Shown here: positions 38,238 through 50,435 of the stretch, one piece after another
Layout: each line of letters begins with the position of its first letter
Numbering within the stretch: position 1 is the first letter of the stretch
Translations under genes and position numbers: made by a program
Notes under the pieces: generated by a model
Told to the model about the DNA's origin: nothing
Seen by the model: the letters and a program-made list of their open reading frames with translations, nothing else
Database searches by the model: none
Assembly: GCA_035762345.1 (NCBI GenBank)
Contig: DASTPE010000082.1
Span: 4,823-68,822 of the forward strand
DNA: 64,000 nucleotides
Reading direction: 5' to 3'
DNA from: Burkholderiales bacterium
Lineage (GTDB): Bacteria; Pseudomonadota; Gammaproteobacteria; Burkholderiales; SG8-39

Positions 38238-38801
38238 ATGCCCCGCATCGCACCACTCGGCGTTGTCTTCGGCGGATTCCTGCTGCTGCTTGCCGCGGTT
38301 CCCGCGCAAGCGCAGGAAATCGAGGTGCGAGAGGTCGCGCTGCGCAGGGTCGACGAGGGTCTGTCGCTCGATGTGGACTTCGGCTTTGAGCTGACGCCTC
38401 GCCTCGCGGAGGTTGTGGCGAACGGCGTCCCGCTGTACTTTAGCGTCGAGTTCGAGCTCACGCGGCGGCGCTGGTACTGGTTCGACGAGACCGCCGCTTC
38501 GCGACGCCTGAGCCTGCGGCTGTCCTATCATGCGTTGTCGCGGCAGTACCGCCTGTCGACGGGCCTGCTGCAGCAGAGCTTCCCAACGCTCGAGGAGGCG
38601 CTCAACGTGCTCAGCCGCGTGCGTAACTGGCTGGTCGTCGACCATACGGTCCGCCTTTCGGACGCGGACTACGACGCGGCAGTGCGCATGCGTCTCGACA
38701 CCGCGCTGCTGCCCAAGCCGTTCCAGCTTTCGGCGCTTACCGGGCGCGACCTGCATTTAGAGTCGCCTTGGAAGCGCTTTATCGTGCGGGCGCCGCTATG
38801 A
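38238..38801 (+). CDS. DUF4390-like periplasmic protein
   Basis: Signal peptide GGFLLLLAAVPAQA. Conserved partner upstream of ntrY-like kinases (recalled from memory, not searched). ATGA overlap with the next gene. Confidence 0.7.
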   Translation: MPRIAPLGVVFGGFLLLLAAVPAQAQEIEVREVALRRVDEGLSLDVDFGFELTPRLAEVVANGVPLYFSVEFELTRRRWYWFDETAASRRLSLRLSYHALSRQYRLSTGLLQQSFPTLEEALNVLSRVRNWLVVDHTVRLSDADYDAAVRMRLDTALLPKPFQLSALTGRDLHLESPWKRFIVRAPL

Positions 38802-40864
38802 AATGGCTCGTCATAATCGGGGGGGCGGTGGCAGCGGTGGGGCTCTTCCTGCTCGCGACGGCGAGCGCGGACACCACGCTGTTCGCGCGCCACTATCCGC
38901 TGCTGCTCGGGCTGAATGCTGCGCTCGCCGCCTTGCTCGCCGCACTGGTGGCGACGCAGCTTGTGCTGCTTGCACGGGGACTGCGCGCTCGAGTATTTGG
39001 CGCACGTCTTACGCTACGCCTGCTCGCACGCTTCGCTGCGCTCGCCGTCGTGCCGGGGCTGATCGTCTACGCGGTGTCGGTGCAATTCCTGACACGGTCC
39101 ATCGAGTCGTGGTTCGACGTCAAGGTCGATGCGGCGCTGGAGGGAGGCATCAACCTCGGGCAGCACGTGATCGAGCAGATGACGCTCGACCTGCAGGGCA
39201 AGGCGAATGCAATGGCAGTCGAGCTTGCGGAGCGCTCTCCGGCGCAACTCGTCGCTCAGCTGGAGCGCCTGCGCGGGCAACTCGGCGTCGAGGAAGTCGT
39301 CGTGGTCACCGGCACCGGCAGGCTGCTCGCAGCCGCTGCGCAGGATGTAGCGAAGCTCGTGCCCGAGCTTCCCACGACGCATGCGTTGCGCCAAGCACGG
39401 CTTACCCGGGCCTACAGCGCAGTGGACGCAATCGTCGGCCGGCCGCTAGCCCTGCGCGTCGTCGTACCGCTCGACCTGCCCGGCGAGGCGCGCTTCCTGC
39501 AGCTCCGGCAAAGCGTGCCGGCATCGTTCGCGCGCAGCGCCGAGGCGGTCGAGGCTGCCTACCGCGACTACCGGGAGCTCGCAATCTCGCGTGAGGGACT
39601 GAAGCGCATTTACATCGTTACGCTGACCTTCGCGCTGCTAATGGCGCTGTTCGTCGCGGTCGCGGCAGCGGCGACCCAGTCCGGCCTGCTTGCCCAGCCC
39701 CTCGCCAACCTCGCGCAGGCGACCCAGGCGGTGGCGCGCGGCGATTTCTCGCGCCGCGCGCCGATCACCAGCCGCGACGAACTCGGCGTTCTCACCGAGT
39801 CGTTCAACTCGATGACGCGACAGCTCGAGGAGGCGCGCCGCGGCGTAGAGTTGAACCGGCTTGCGCTCGAGGCGGCGAAGGCGCGGCTCGAAAACATCCT
39901 CGCGAACATGTCGGCCGGAGTGCTCGTGTTCGACCACGAACTCGCGTTGTCGCTGTCAAACCACGGCGCTTCGGCGATTCTGGGGACGGAGATCCAATCG
40001 TTTGCCGCGCATATGCGCAGCCACTTCGTGGAGCAGGAAGAATCCGACTGGCAGCTCGAGCTCCAGCTCAAGGGGACCGGCAAGACGCTGCACGCGCGTG
40101 GCGCGCGGTTGCCGCGAGCGACCGGCGGTGGCGCCGTGGTCGTGTTCGACGACATTACGCGACTGATCCAGGCGCAGCGCGCCACCGCGTGGGCCGAGGT
40201 GGCGCGCCGCCTCGCGCACGAGATCAAGAACCCGCTTACGCCGATCCAGCTGTCGGCGGAGCGCCTCGAAATGAAGCTCGCAGACCGGCTGCCCCGGGAA
40301 GATGCGGAGACCCTGCGACGCTCGATCGAAACTATCGTAAACCAGGTGGCAGCGCTGAAGGCCATGGTTGATGATTTCCGCGATTACGCGCGCCTGCCGG
40401 CGCCTGAGCTCAAGCCGCTTGACCTGAATCGCCTGGTGCGACAGGTGCTCGCCCTGTATGAGAATTCCTTCGTGCCGATCGCCAAGCACCTTGCCGACCC
40501 GTTGCCTCCCGTCTGGGCTGACGGCGCGCAGATTCGGCAGGTGATCCACAACTTGGTGCAGAACGCGCAGGACGCGCTCGAGAACCGCGCCGCGCGCGGC
40601 GCGAGCCCGGCCATCGAGGTTCGCACCGAGGTTGCGGGCGACCGCGTGAGGCTCGCGGTGTCGGACAATGGCGCCGGCTTCCCCGAGGAGCTGATGGCGC
40701 GGATCTTCGAGCCTTACGTTACCACCAAGCCGCGCGGCACCGGCCTCGGTCTCGCTATGGTGAAGAAGATCGTCGACGAGCACCACGGCGCTGTGACCAT
40801 CGAGAACCGTCCGGCGAGCGGCGCATCTGTGAGTGTGCTGTTGCCGCTCGCGAAGGCGGCGTAG
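38798..40864 (+). CDS. ntrY: NtrY-like PAS/HAMP sensor histidine kinase
   Basis: Trimmed to the ATG at 38798. Multiple N-terminal TM helices, a HAMP domain, H-box LAHEIKNPLTPIQLSAERL, and an ATPase domain with GTGLGLAMVKKIV. Confidence 0.8.
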   Translation: MKWLVIIGGAVAAVGLFLLATASADTTLFARHYPLLLGLNAALAALLAALVATQLVLLARGLRARVFGARLTLRLLARFAALAVVPGLIVYAVSVQFLTRSIESWFDVKVDAALEGGINLGQHVIEQMTLDLQGKANAMAVELAERSPAQLVAQLERLRGQLGVEEVVVVTGTGRLLAAAAQDVAKLVPELPTTHALRQARLTRAYSAVDAIVGRPLALRVVVPLDLPGEARFLQLRQSVPASFARSAEAVEAAYRDYRELAISREGLKRIYIVTLTFALLMALFVAVAAAATQSGLLAQPLANLAQATQAVARGDFSRRAPITSRDELGVLTESFNSMTRQLEEARRGVELNRLALEAAKARLENILANMSAGVLVFDHELALSLSNHGASAILGTEIQSFAAHMRSHFVEQEESDWQLELQLKGTGKTLHARGARLPRATGGGAVVVFDDITRLIQAQRATAWAEVARRLAHEIKNPLTPIQLSAERLEMKLADRLPREDAETLRRSIETIVNQVAALKAMVDDFRDYARLPAPELKPLDLNRLVRQVLALYENSFVPIAKHLADPLPPVWADGAQIRQVIHNLVQNAQDALENRAARGASPAIEVRTEVAGDRVRLAVSDNGAGFPEELMARIFEPYVTTKPRGTGLGLAMVKKIVDEHHGAVTIENRPASGASVSVLLPLAKAA

Positions 40865-40867
40865 GCA

Positions 40868-42115
40868 ATGGCGCAAATCCTGGTCGTTGACGACGAGATT
40901 GGCATCAGGGAGCTCCTGTCCGAAATCCTGGCCGACGAGGGCCACCAGGTGGTGCTCGCGGAGAGCGCGAGCGATGCGCGCCGGCTGCGCGAGCGCGCCC
41001 GCCCCGACCTCGTGCTACTGGACATCTGGATGCCGGACGCCGACGGCATCACGCTGCTCAAGGAGTGGGCCGCGAGTGGCCAGCTCACGATGCCGGTGGT
41101 AATGATGTCCGGTCATGCCACAATCGAGACTGCCGTCGAGGCGACGCGTATCGGTGCGCTCGACTTTCTCGAGAAGCCGATCGCGCTGCAGCGTCTGCTT
41201 GCCACGGTAAAGCGTGCGCTGCGCAATCCTGAGAGCGCGGCGACACCGGAGTTCTCCATCGCTGCGCTCGGACGCTCGCCCGCGCTCGCCGAAGCGAAAA
41301 AGCGGCTGGCGCAACTTGCCGGCTCGGGCGCGCCGCTGCTTTTGCGCGGCGAGCGCGGCATGCGTGCGGAGCTCTTCGCGCGCATGCTCGTCGCCCCGGG
41401 AGCTCCGTTCCTCGCCGGTGGAGAGCTGTTGTCGCAGCCGCCCTCGGAGCTGCTCGCAAAGGCGGCTGGCGGCGTGGTTTTCATCCCGGACCTCAGTCGC
41501 CTTGCGCATGCTGAGCAGCGCAATCTCGAATTCCTGCTGCCGCGGGCTGAGAAGCACCGGGTGCGGGTGGTGTCGTTCTCGCCTTTCGACGTACGTACCC
41601 TGGCGGAGAAGTGTGATTTTGATCCGGAACTCGGTGCGCGGCTCGGCGAGCTGACTCTCAAGTTGCCCTCGGTGCGCGACTTTGGCGAGGACATCCCCGA
41701 TCTTGCTTCCCGCATGCTGGCGCAGCTGGTCGAGGCACGCGTCTGTCCGTCCCGCCGTTTCGCGATCGCGGCGTTGAACGCGCTGCGCCACCACGGCTGG
41801 CCCGGAAACCTCGCCGAGCTCGAAAGCGCGGTAAAGGACCTCGCGCTGAGCTCGCTTGAGGAGGAAGTTCAGCTCGAGGACGTTACGCGCGTGCTCAGCG
41901 CACGCGCTGCGCCGGGCACGCTGCCCGAGGTAGCGTTCGACCGTCCCTACCGCGAGGCGCGCGAAGCATTCGAGCGGGTGTATTTCGAGCACCTGCTCGC
42001 GCGCGAAAACGGCAGCATGTCGCGCGTCGCGGACCGCTCGGGGCTCGAGCGTACCCATCTGTACCGCAAGCTCAAGGCGCTCGGTCTGCCGGTCGGCCGG
42101 CGCGAAGAGAACTAG
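40868..42115 (+). CDS. ntrX: NtrX-like response regulator with degenerate AAA+ central domain
   Basis: Intact receiver (VVDDE, LLDIWMPD, MMSGH, EKP) and a C-terminal Fis-type HTH. The central domain has GERGMRAE in place of GESGTGKE and lacks the GAFTGA segment. Confidence 0.8.
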   Translation: MAQILVVDDEIGIRELLSEILADEGHQVVLAESASDARRLRERARPDLVLLDIWMPDADGITLLKEWAASGQLTMPVVMMSGHATIETAVEATRIGALDFLEKPIALQRLLATVKRALRNPESAATPEFSIAALGRSPALAEAKKRLAQLAGSGAPLLLRGERGMRAELFARMLVAPGAPFLAGGELLSQPPSELLAKAAGGVVFIPDLSRLAHAEQRNLEFLLPRAEKHRVRVVSFSPFDVRTLAEKCDFDPELGARLGELTLKLPSVRDFGEDIPDLASRMLAQLVEARVCPSRRFAIAALNALRHHGWPGNLAELESAVKDLALSSLEEEVQLEDVTRVLSARAAPGTLPEVAFDRPYREAREAFERVYFEHLLARENGSMSRVADRSGLERTHLYRKLKALGLPVGRREEN

Positions 42116-42124
42116 CGAGATAGG

Positions 42125-42223
42125 CTAGGATTTCTTGGGCTTGGGCGCGCGATGCGGCCGCTTCTTGCCGTAGCTGCCGCGATAGATCTTGCCGCGCCGC
42201 GTGCGCTTGTCACCTTTTCCCAT
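42125..42223 (-). CDS. 30S ribosomal protein Thx
   Basis: Hand translation gives MGKGDKRTRRGKIYRGSYGKKRPHRAPKPKKS (32 aa), matching the Thx family start MGKGDRRTRRGKI. Too short for the ORF track. Starts 8 nt after the metH stop. Confidence 0.7.
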   Translation of the reverse strand: MGKGDKRTRRGKIYRGSYGKKRPHRAPKPKKS

Positions 42224-42231
42224 GCGGCCGA

Positions 42232-45921
<3,690 letters not shown>

Positions 45922-45925
45922 GACT

Positions 45926-45965
45926 GAAAGCGAAAAAGCCCGCTCGGCTTGCAGAGAACGGGCTT
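45926..45965 (-). promoter_or_regulatory. Terminator-like hairpin in the metH 5' leader
   Basis: On the minus strand: AAGCCCG-(16 nt)-CGGGCUU followed by UUUCGCUUUC, ending 14 nt before the ATG. The upstream gene is divergent, so this hairpin cannot be terminating another gene. Confidence 0.4.
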
Positions 45966-46057
45966 CGGGCGCGCCTCTTTAGCGGTATTTGTAACGCGCC
46001 CGCAAGCTGAGCATCAAATCGGCGCGGCGCGTCGGATTCTGCCCATCAAGTCCTGAT

Positions 46058-46513
46058 GTGTCAACGGCTTATAATCGACCGGTGAACGAGTTCCACTCGA
46101 TTGTGGGATATTTCCCCTGCGAGGTGCACTGGGGTGACTGCGACCCCGCCGGGATCATCTTTTACCCGACCTATTTCCGCTGGATGGACGCCGCCACCTG
46201 GGCCTTCATGGGCTCGGTCGGCTATGGGCCGAAGCGCATGCGCGAACAGCATCTCGCGATGCCGCTGGTCGCGGCGGACTGCCAGTTCGTCGCGCCGGCG
46301 CAGCACGGAGACCGTTGCGAAGTGCGCTCGCGAATCGCGCGCTTTGGCGGCGCTTCCTTCGTGGTCGCGCACGACATCCTGCGCGACGATGGCACGACGC
46401 TCGCGCAGGGCAGCGAGAAGCGCGTCTGGGGACGTTATGCCGGCGGACCTGGCACGTCCCTGAAAGGCGAGCACATCCCCGACGAGGTCAGGGCGCTGTT
46501 TCGCGCCAGGTAG
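46058..46513 (+). CDS. 4HBT/YbgC-family acyl-CoA thioesterase
   Basis: 151 aa hot-dog fold. The segment VHWGDCDPAGIIFYPTYFRWMD is typical of 4-hydroxybenzoyl-CoA thioesterase-like proteins. GTG start. Confidence 0.8.
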   Translation: MSTAYNRPVNEFHSIVGYFPCEVHWGDCDPAGIIFYPTYFRWMDAATWAFMGSVGYGPKRMREQHLAMPLVAADCQFVAPAQHGDRCEVRSRIARFGGASFVVAHDILRDDGTTLAQGSEKRVWGRYAGGPGTSLKGEHIPDEVRALFRAR

Positions 46514-47816
46514 CGAGCACGCGGTCGATCATCGGTTTCGCAGAGCCGAAGGCGCGCTTCGCGTCAAACAGCGTTTCAACCTCGTCCGCCGGAATAATCC
46601 TGGTAACGTCGTCTTCGGCGAGCAGGACTTCACGCAAGTGCTTCTTCTCCGCCACGGCGCGGGCGCAGAGTTTTTCGGTGAGCGTGTGCGCAGCGGACTT
46701 GCCAAGCGCCTGCGCGAGTCGGACAGACACCGCTTCGGAGAACGCCAGTCCCTGGGTCCGCTCCAGGTTTGCCGCCATGGTATCGGTGCGTACCTCCAGG
46801 CCTTCAAGCGCTTGCGCCATGGCGGCAACGCCGCTCGCCGTAGCGCACACGAGGCTTCTTAGCGTCAGCCATTGCGCCTGCCACTGTCCCAGGCCGCGCT
46901 CGTGCTCGGGCACAAGATTCGCCATCAGGCTGGCCGCAAGCGCCGGAGCGCGCTGAGAAGCTTCCAACGCGAGCAGGCAGGCCGCGGGGTTGCGCTTGTG
47001 CGGCAAGGCGGATGAGCCGCCGCGACCCACACTTGCCGGCTCGAACGCCTCGCCAACTTCGGGCTGCATCAACAGCGAAACGTCGCGCGCTATTTTTCCG
47101 GCGGCGCCGGCAAGGATAGCGGCTTCGGCGCCGAAGCGGGCGAAGCGATCGCGGGCGCTGTGCCAGGGGATGAGAGATTTTCTAAGTCCGAGTTGCTCGG
47201 CAAGGCGCGTGCTGACTGACTCGCCATCGCTTCCAAAGGCTGCCAGCGTCCCGGCGGGACCGCCGAACTGCAGGACGCTCGCATCATCGGCCGCGGCGCG
47301 AAACTGCCTATACGAGCTCGCCACCAGCGTGAGCCACACTGCAGCCTTCCAGCCGAACGGGACTGGCGTCGCGGGCTGCAGCAGCGTGCGCGCCACGGTT
47401 GGCGTATCCCGGTAGCGATCGGCAAGCCGCGCTGCGGCATCGCCGAGCCGGCGCGCCCATACCAGCACCCGTTGCGCCGCTTCCTTCAGGCAGAGCACCA
47501 CCGCAGTATCGATCGCGTCCTGGCTGGTCGCGCCGAAGTGGACATAGCGCGCGGCTTCACCAGGGACCTGTGCGGTGAGCTCCTTCACGAACGGAATTGC
47601 GAGCGTGCCCGCGTGCCTCGCCTCATTCGCGAGCCTTACGATATCGAAAGAGGCGATCTCACAGACGCGCGCAATCGTTTCAGCGTGCGCGAGCGGAACA
47701 AGACCTGTGCTGGCGCGGGCGAGCGCCGCTTCAAAGCGCGCCATGGCCGCGAGCAGCTTCTCGTCTGAGAGCGCTTCGGCGGTATGCGCGTCCGAAAAGA
47801 CGAGCTCGAGGCTCAG
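46488..47816 (-). CDS. pcaB: 3-carboxy-cis,cis-muconate cycloisomerase (start inferred at CTG; first ATG is at 47744)
   Basis: Fumarate-lyase superfamily with GATSQDAIDT and GSSALPHKRNP. The conserved N-terminal part LVFSDAHTAEALSDEKLLAAM lies upstream of the first ATG. The CTG at 47814-47816 forms a CTGA overlap with the pcaG stop. Confidence 0.8.
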   Translation of the reverse strand: MSLELVFSDAHTAEALSDEKLLAAMARFEAALARASTGLVPLAHAETIARVCEIASFDIVRLANEARHAGTLAIPFVKELTAQVPGEAARYVHFGATSQDAIDTAVVLCLKEAAQRVLVWARRLGDAAARLADRYRDTPTVARTLLQPATPVPFGWKAAVWLTLVASSYRQFRAAADDASVLQFGGPAGTLAAFGSDGESVSTRLAEQLGLRKSLIPWHSARDRFARFGAEAAILAGAAGKIARDVSLLMQPEVGEAFEPASVGRGGSSALPHKRNPAACLLALEASQRAPALAASLMANLVPEHERGLGQWQAQWLTLRSLVCATASGVAAMAQALEGLEVRTDTMAANLERTQGLAFSEAVSVRLAQALGKSAAHTLTEKLCARAVAEKKHLREVLLAEDDVTRIIPADEVETLFDAKRAFGSAKPMIDRVLATWRETAP

Positions 47817-48376
47817 AAATCGAAGAACACCGTCTCGTTATTGCCCTGCAACACCACATCCCACTCGAACTCGCTGTCCGCGCGCCTCTTCGCGATCAGC
47901 GTATCGCGGCGCTCAGCCGGGATCAGGTTGAGCACCGGATCGTCCGCGTTGGCCGGATCGTCGGGGAAGTAGATGCGGGTTTGGAGCTGCTTGAGCAGCC
48001 CACGCATGAATATGGTGACGGTAATGTGCGGCGCCTGCAGCTTGCCGGCGGGGCCTGGCACGCGGCCGGGCTTGATCGTGCGGAAGCGAAAAGCGCCCGC
48101 ATCGTCGGTGAGCGCACGGCCGTAGCCGCGAAAGCTCTGCTCTAGCGGCTTCGATTGCGCGTCCTCGGGGCTTGCGTACTTGCCACGGCTGTTGGCTTGC
48201 CAGATCTCGACCGCCGCATCATTGACCGGCTTGCCGTCGCCGTCGAGCACACGCCCCTCGATGCGCACGCGCTCGCCGGCGACGCCTTGCGGCGCCAGGT
48301 CTTCGATCACCATCCACTCCAGCCCGATCCGCAGATACGGGCCGATCGTCTGTGACGTCGTGCCGCGCAGGCTCAT
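47813..48376 (-). CDS. pcaG: Protocatechuate 3,4-dioxygenase alpha subunit
   Basis: Trimmed to the ATG at 48374-48376. Contains TSQTIGPYLRIGL and the C-terminus ETVFFDF, which matches Pseudomonas PcaG. Confidence 0.85.
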   Translation of the reverse strand: MSLRGTTSQTIGPYLRIGLEWMVIEDLAPQGVAGERVRIEGRVLDGDGKPVNDAAVEIWQANSRGKYASPEDAQSKPLEQSFRGYGRALTDDAGAFRFRTIKPGRVPGPAGKLQAPHITVTIFMRGLLKQLQTRIYFPDDPANADDPVLNLIPAERRDTLIAKRRADSEFEWDVVLQGNNETVFFDF

Positions 48377-49083
48377 CGGCGGTTCTCCATCGGCGTCGCC
48401 TCGCGCCCGCGCAGCACGATGTCGAAGCGGTAGCCGAGCGCGAACTCGGGCTGCGTGGTCTCCCAGTCGAACGTGGAAATCAGACGGCTGCGCGCCTTCT
48501 GATCCGGCACGCAGGTGAACATCGGGTCGTACTCGAGCAGCGGGTCGCCTGGGAAGTACATCTGCGTAATAAGCCGCTGCACGATCGCCGGGCCGAAGAG
48601 CGAGAAATGGATGTGCGCCGGCCGCCAGGCGTTGTAATGATTGCGCCATGGGTACTCGCCCGGACGAATCGTCAGGAAGCGGTAGCGCCCTTCGGTATCG
48701 GTCAGCACGCGGCCGGCGCCGGTGAAGTTCGGGTCGAGCGGCGCATCATGCTGGTCGACACGGTGGTTGTAGCGCCCGGCGGCATTCGCCTGCCAGATCT
48801 CGATCAGGATGCCGGGAAGCGGCCTTGAGTTCTCATCGAGCACGCGGCCGCTTACGACGATGCGCTCGCCAAGCGGCTCGCCCTTATGCTGCTGGGTGAG
48901 GTCATTGTCCGCCGGCTTGATATCGCCGTAGCCGAATATCGGCGCGGTGAGCTCCGAAAGCGTATGCGACAAAGCCACCAGCGGCTGCGTCGGCGCGCGC
49001 TTTACGGTGGATGCGTACGGCGGAAAGAGGTATGGCGGTTGGGTATCCCGGTACGGTCGTCGATAGGGGGCTGGGTCGGTCAT
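48373..49083 (-). CDS. pcaH: Protocatechuate 3,4-dioxygenase beta subunit
   Basis: Trimmed to the ATG at 49081-49083. Intradiol dioxygenase core EIWQANAAGRYNH and RPAHIHFSLFG. Confidence 0.85.
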   Translation of the reverse strand: MTDPAPYRRPYRDTQPPYLFPPYASTVKRAPTQPLVALSHTLSELTAPIFGYGDIKPADNDLTQQHKGEPLGERIVVSGRVLDENSRPLPGILIEIWQANAAGRYNHRVDQHDAPLDPNFTGAGRVLTDTEGRYRFLTIRPGEYPWRNHYNAWRPAHIHFSLFGPAIVQRLITQMYFPGDPLLEYDPMFTCVPDQKARSRLISTFDWETTQPEFALGYRFDIVLRGREATPMENRR

Positions 49084-49087
49084 CGTG

Positions 49088-49723
49088 TCATTCCGCATCG
49101 GGTTGCTGGTCGGGCTGCGCGCAGGCAAATGCCTCGAGCTTCATGCACTCGTCGAACACGCGCATTATCGCCGGGTAGGGAGCGAGGTCACAGTTGTAGC
49201 GCTTCGCGTTGAAGATCTGCGGCACCAGGCAGCAGTCGGCCATCGTTGGCGTGTCGCCGTGGCAGAACCTGCTCTTCTTGCCGCGAAGCAGGTCGCCCTC
49301 CAGCTTGGCGAGGCCGTCGGCGATCCAATGGCGGTACCAGGCATCGATCTGATCCTGGTCATGGCCGAGCTCGCGCTTGAGGTATTGCAGCGTGCGCAGA
49401 TTGTTAAGCGGATGGATCTCGCAGGCAACAAGCAGCGCGAGGCTGCGCACGCGCGCGCGGCCCGGCGCGTCGCGCGGAAGAAGCGCAGGGCTCGGCTGGG
49501 TTTCGTCGAGGTACTCGATGATGGCGAGCGATTGCGACAGTTCGAGCCCGTTCGCGAGCAGAGTCGGCAAAAGGCCTTGGGGGTATTTGTCCGCGTATTC
49601 CGGTTTCCGGTGTTCCCCTTTGGCGAGATGAATGAACACCGGCTCGTAGGCGAGCCCTTTCAGATTGAGCGCAATGCGGACACGAAACGCGGCGGAGCTG
49701 CGAAAGTACGTGTACAGCTTCAC
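49088..49723 (-). CDS. maiA: Zeta-class GST: maleylacetoacetate/maleylpyruvate isomerase
   Basis: The GTG at 49721-49723 forms a GTGA overlap with the upstream FAH stop. The N-terminus KLYTYFRSSAAFRVRIALNLKGL is the MaiA signature. Confidence 0.85.
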   Translation of the reverse strand: MKLYTYFRSSAAFRVRIALNLKGLAYEPVFIHLAKGEHRKPEYADKYPQGLLPTLLANGLELSQSLAIIEYLDETQPSPALLPRDAPGRARVRSLALLVACEIHPLNNLRTLQYLKRELGHDQDQIDAWYRHWIADGLAKLEGDLLRGKKSRFCHGDTPTMADCCLVPQIFNAKRYNCDLAPYPAIMRVFDECMKLEAFACAQPDQQPDAE

Positions 49724-50412
49724 AACGGCGGCAGGATTTTTACCTTGAGCTCGCCGACCCCGTCGATCCCGGCGTGCAGCTCGTCGCCGGGCTTGACCGG
49801 GCCCACGCCGGCCGGCGTCCCGGAATAGATAAGATCGCCCGGCTCCAGCGTGTAATACTCGGAAAGGTACGCGATCTGTTCCGGCACCGACCAGATCATG
49901 TCGCCGAGATCCGCGCGCTGGCGCTGCTTGCCGTTGACTGTGAGCCAAATGCCGCCGCGCGCCGGGTGGCCGATCTTCGCCGCCGGCACCAGCGCGCCGC
50001 ATGGCGCGGCCTGGTCGAAGTCCTTGCCAAAGTCCCAAGGCCTGCCGTGGTCCTTGCCCCACTGCTGCAGATCGCGGCGCGTCATGTCGAGGCCGACGGC
50101 GTAGCCAAACACGTGATCGTTGCCGCGCTTGGCGTCGATACGTCGCCCGCCTTTCGCAAGCGCGACCACGAGCTCGGTTTCGTAATGGTAGTTGGAGGTC
50201 TTCGCGGGATAGCGCACCTCGCCGCCGCCGGGAACGAGGGCGTGCGCGCTCTTGATGAAGAAGAACGGCTGCTCGCGCCCGTCGCCCCCCATCTCCTTCT
50301 GATGCTCGGCGTAGTTGCGACCGACGCAGAAGATTCGCCGGACCGGAAAGCTGTCAGCCGTGCCAGCGACCGGAAGTACCGGCGGGGTCCACAGCGGGAT
50401 GGCGTAACCCAT
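49720..50412 (-). CDS. FAH-family hydrolase (fumarylpyruvate/fumarylacetoacetate hydrolase-like)
   Basis: 230 aa. Contains RIFCVGRNYAEH, ETELVV and the C-terminal region PGDLIYSGTPAGVGPVKPGD. Confidence 0.85.
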   Translation of the reverse strand: MGYAIPLWTPPVLPVAGTADSFPVRRIFCVGRNYAEHQKEMGGDGREQPFFFIKSAHALVPGGGEVRYPAKTSNYHYETELVVALAKGGRRIDAKRGNDHVFGYAVGLDMTRRDLQQWGKDHGRPWDFGKDFDQAAPCGALVPAAKIGHPARGGIWLTVNGKQRQRADLGDMIWSVPEQIAYLSEYYTLEPGDLIYSGTPAGVGPVKPGDELHAGIDGVGELKVKILPPL

Positions 50413-50435
50413 GACGTTCCTCGAAAGGCGAAATT

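Noticed and set aside
36328-38256. 642-aa minus-strand ORF
   Set aside because: It is antisense to fmt and rsmB, Arg-rich and without motifs. It is a shadow ORF.
45922-46057. Assigning the metH leader to a specific riboswitch class (SAH, SAM-II or cobalamin)
   Set aside because: I could not align it convincingly to any consensus I can recall. It is reported only as an unclassified structured leader pending a covariance-model search.
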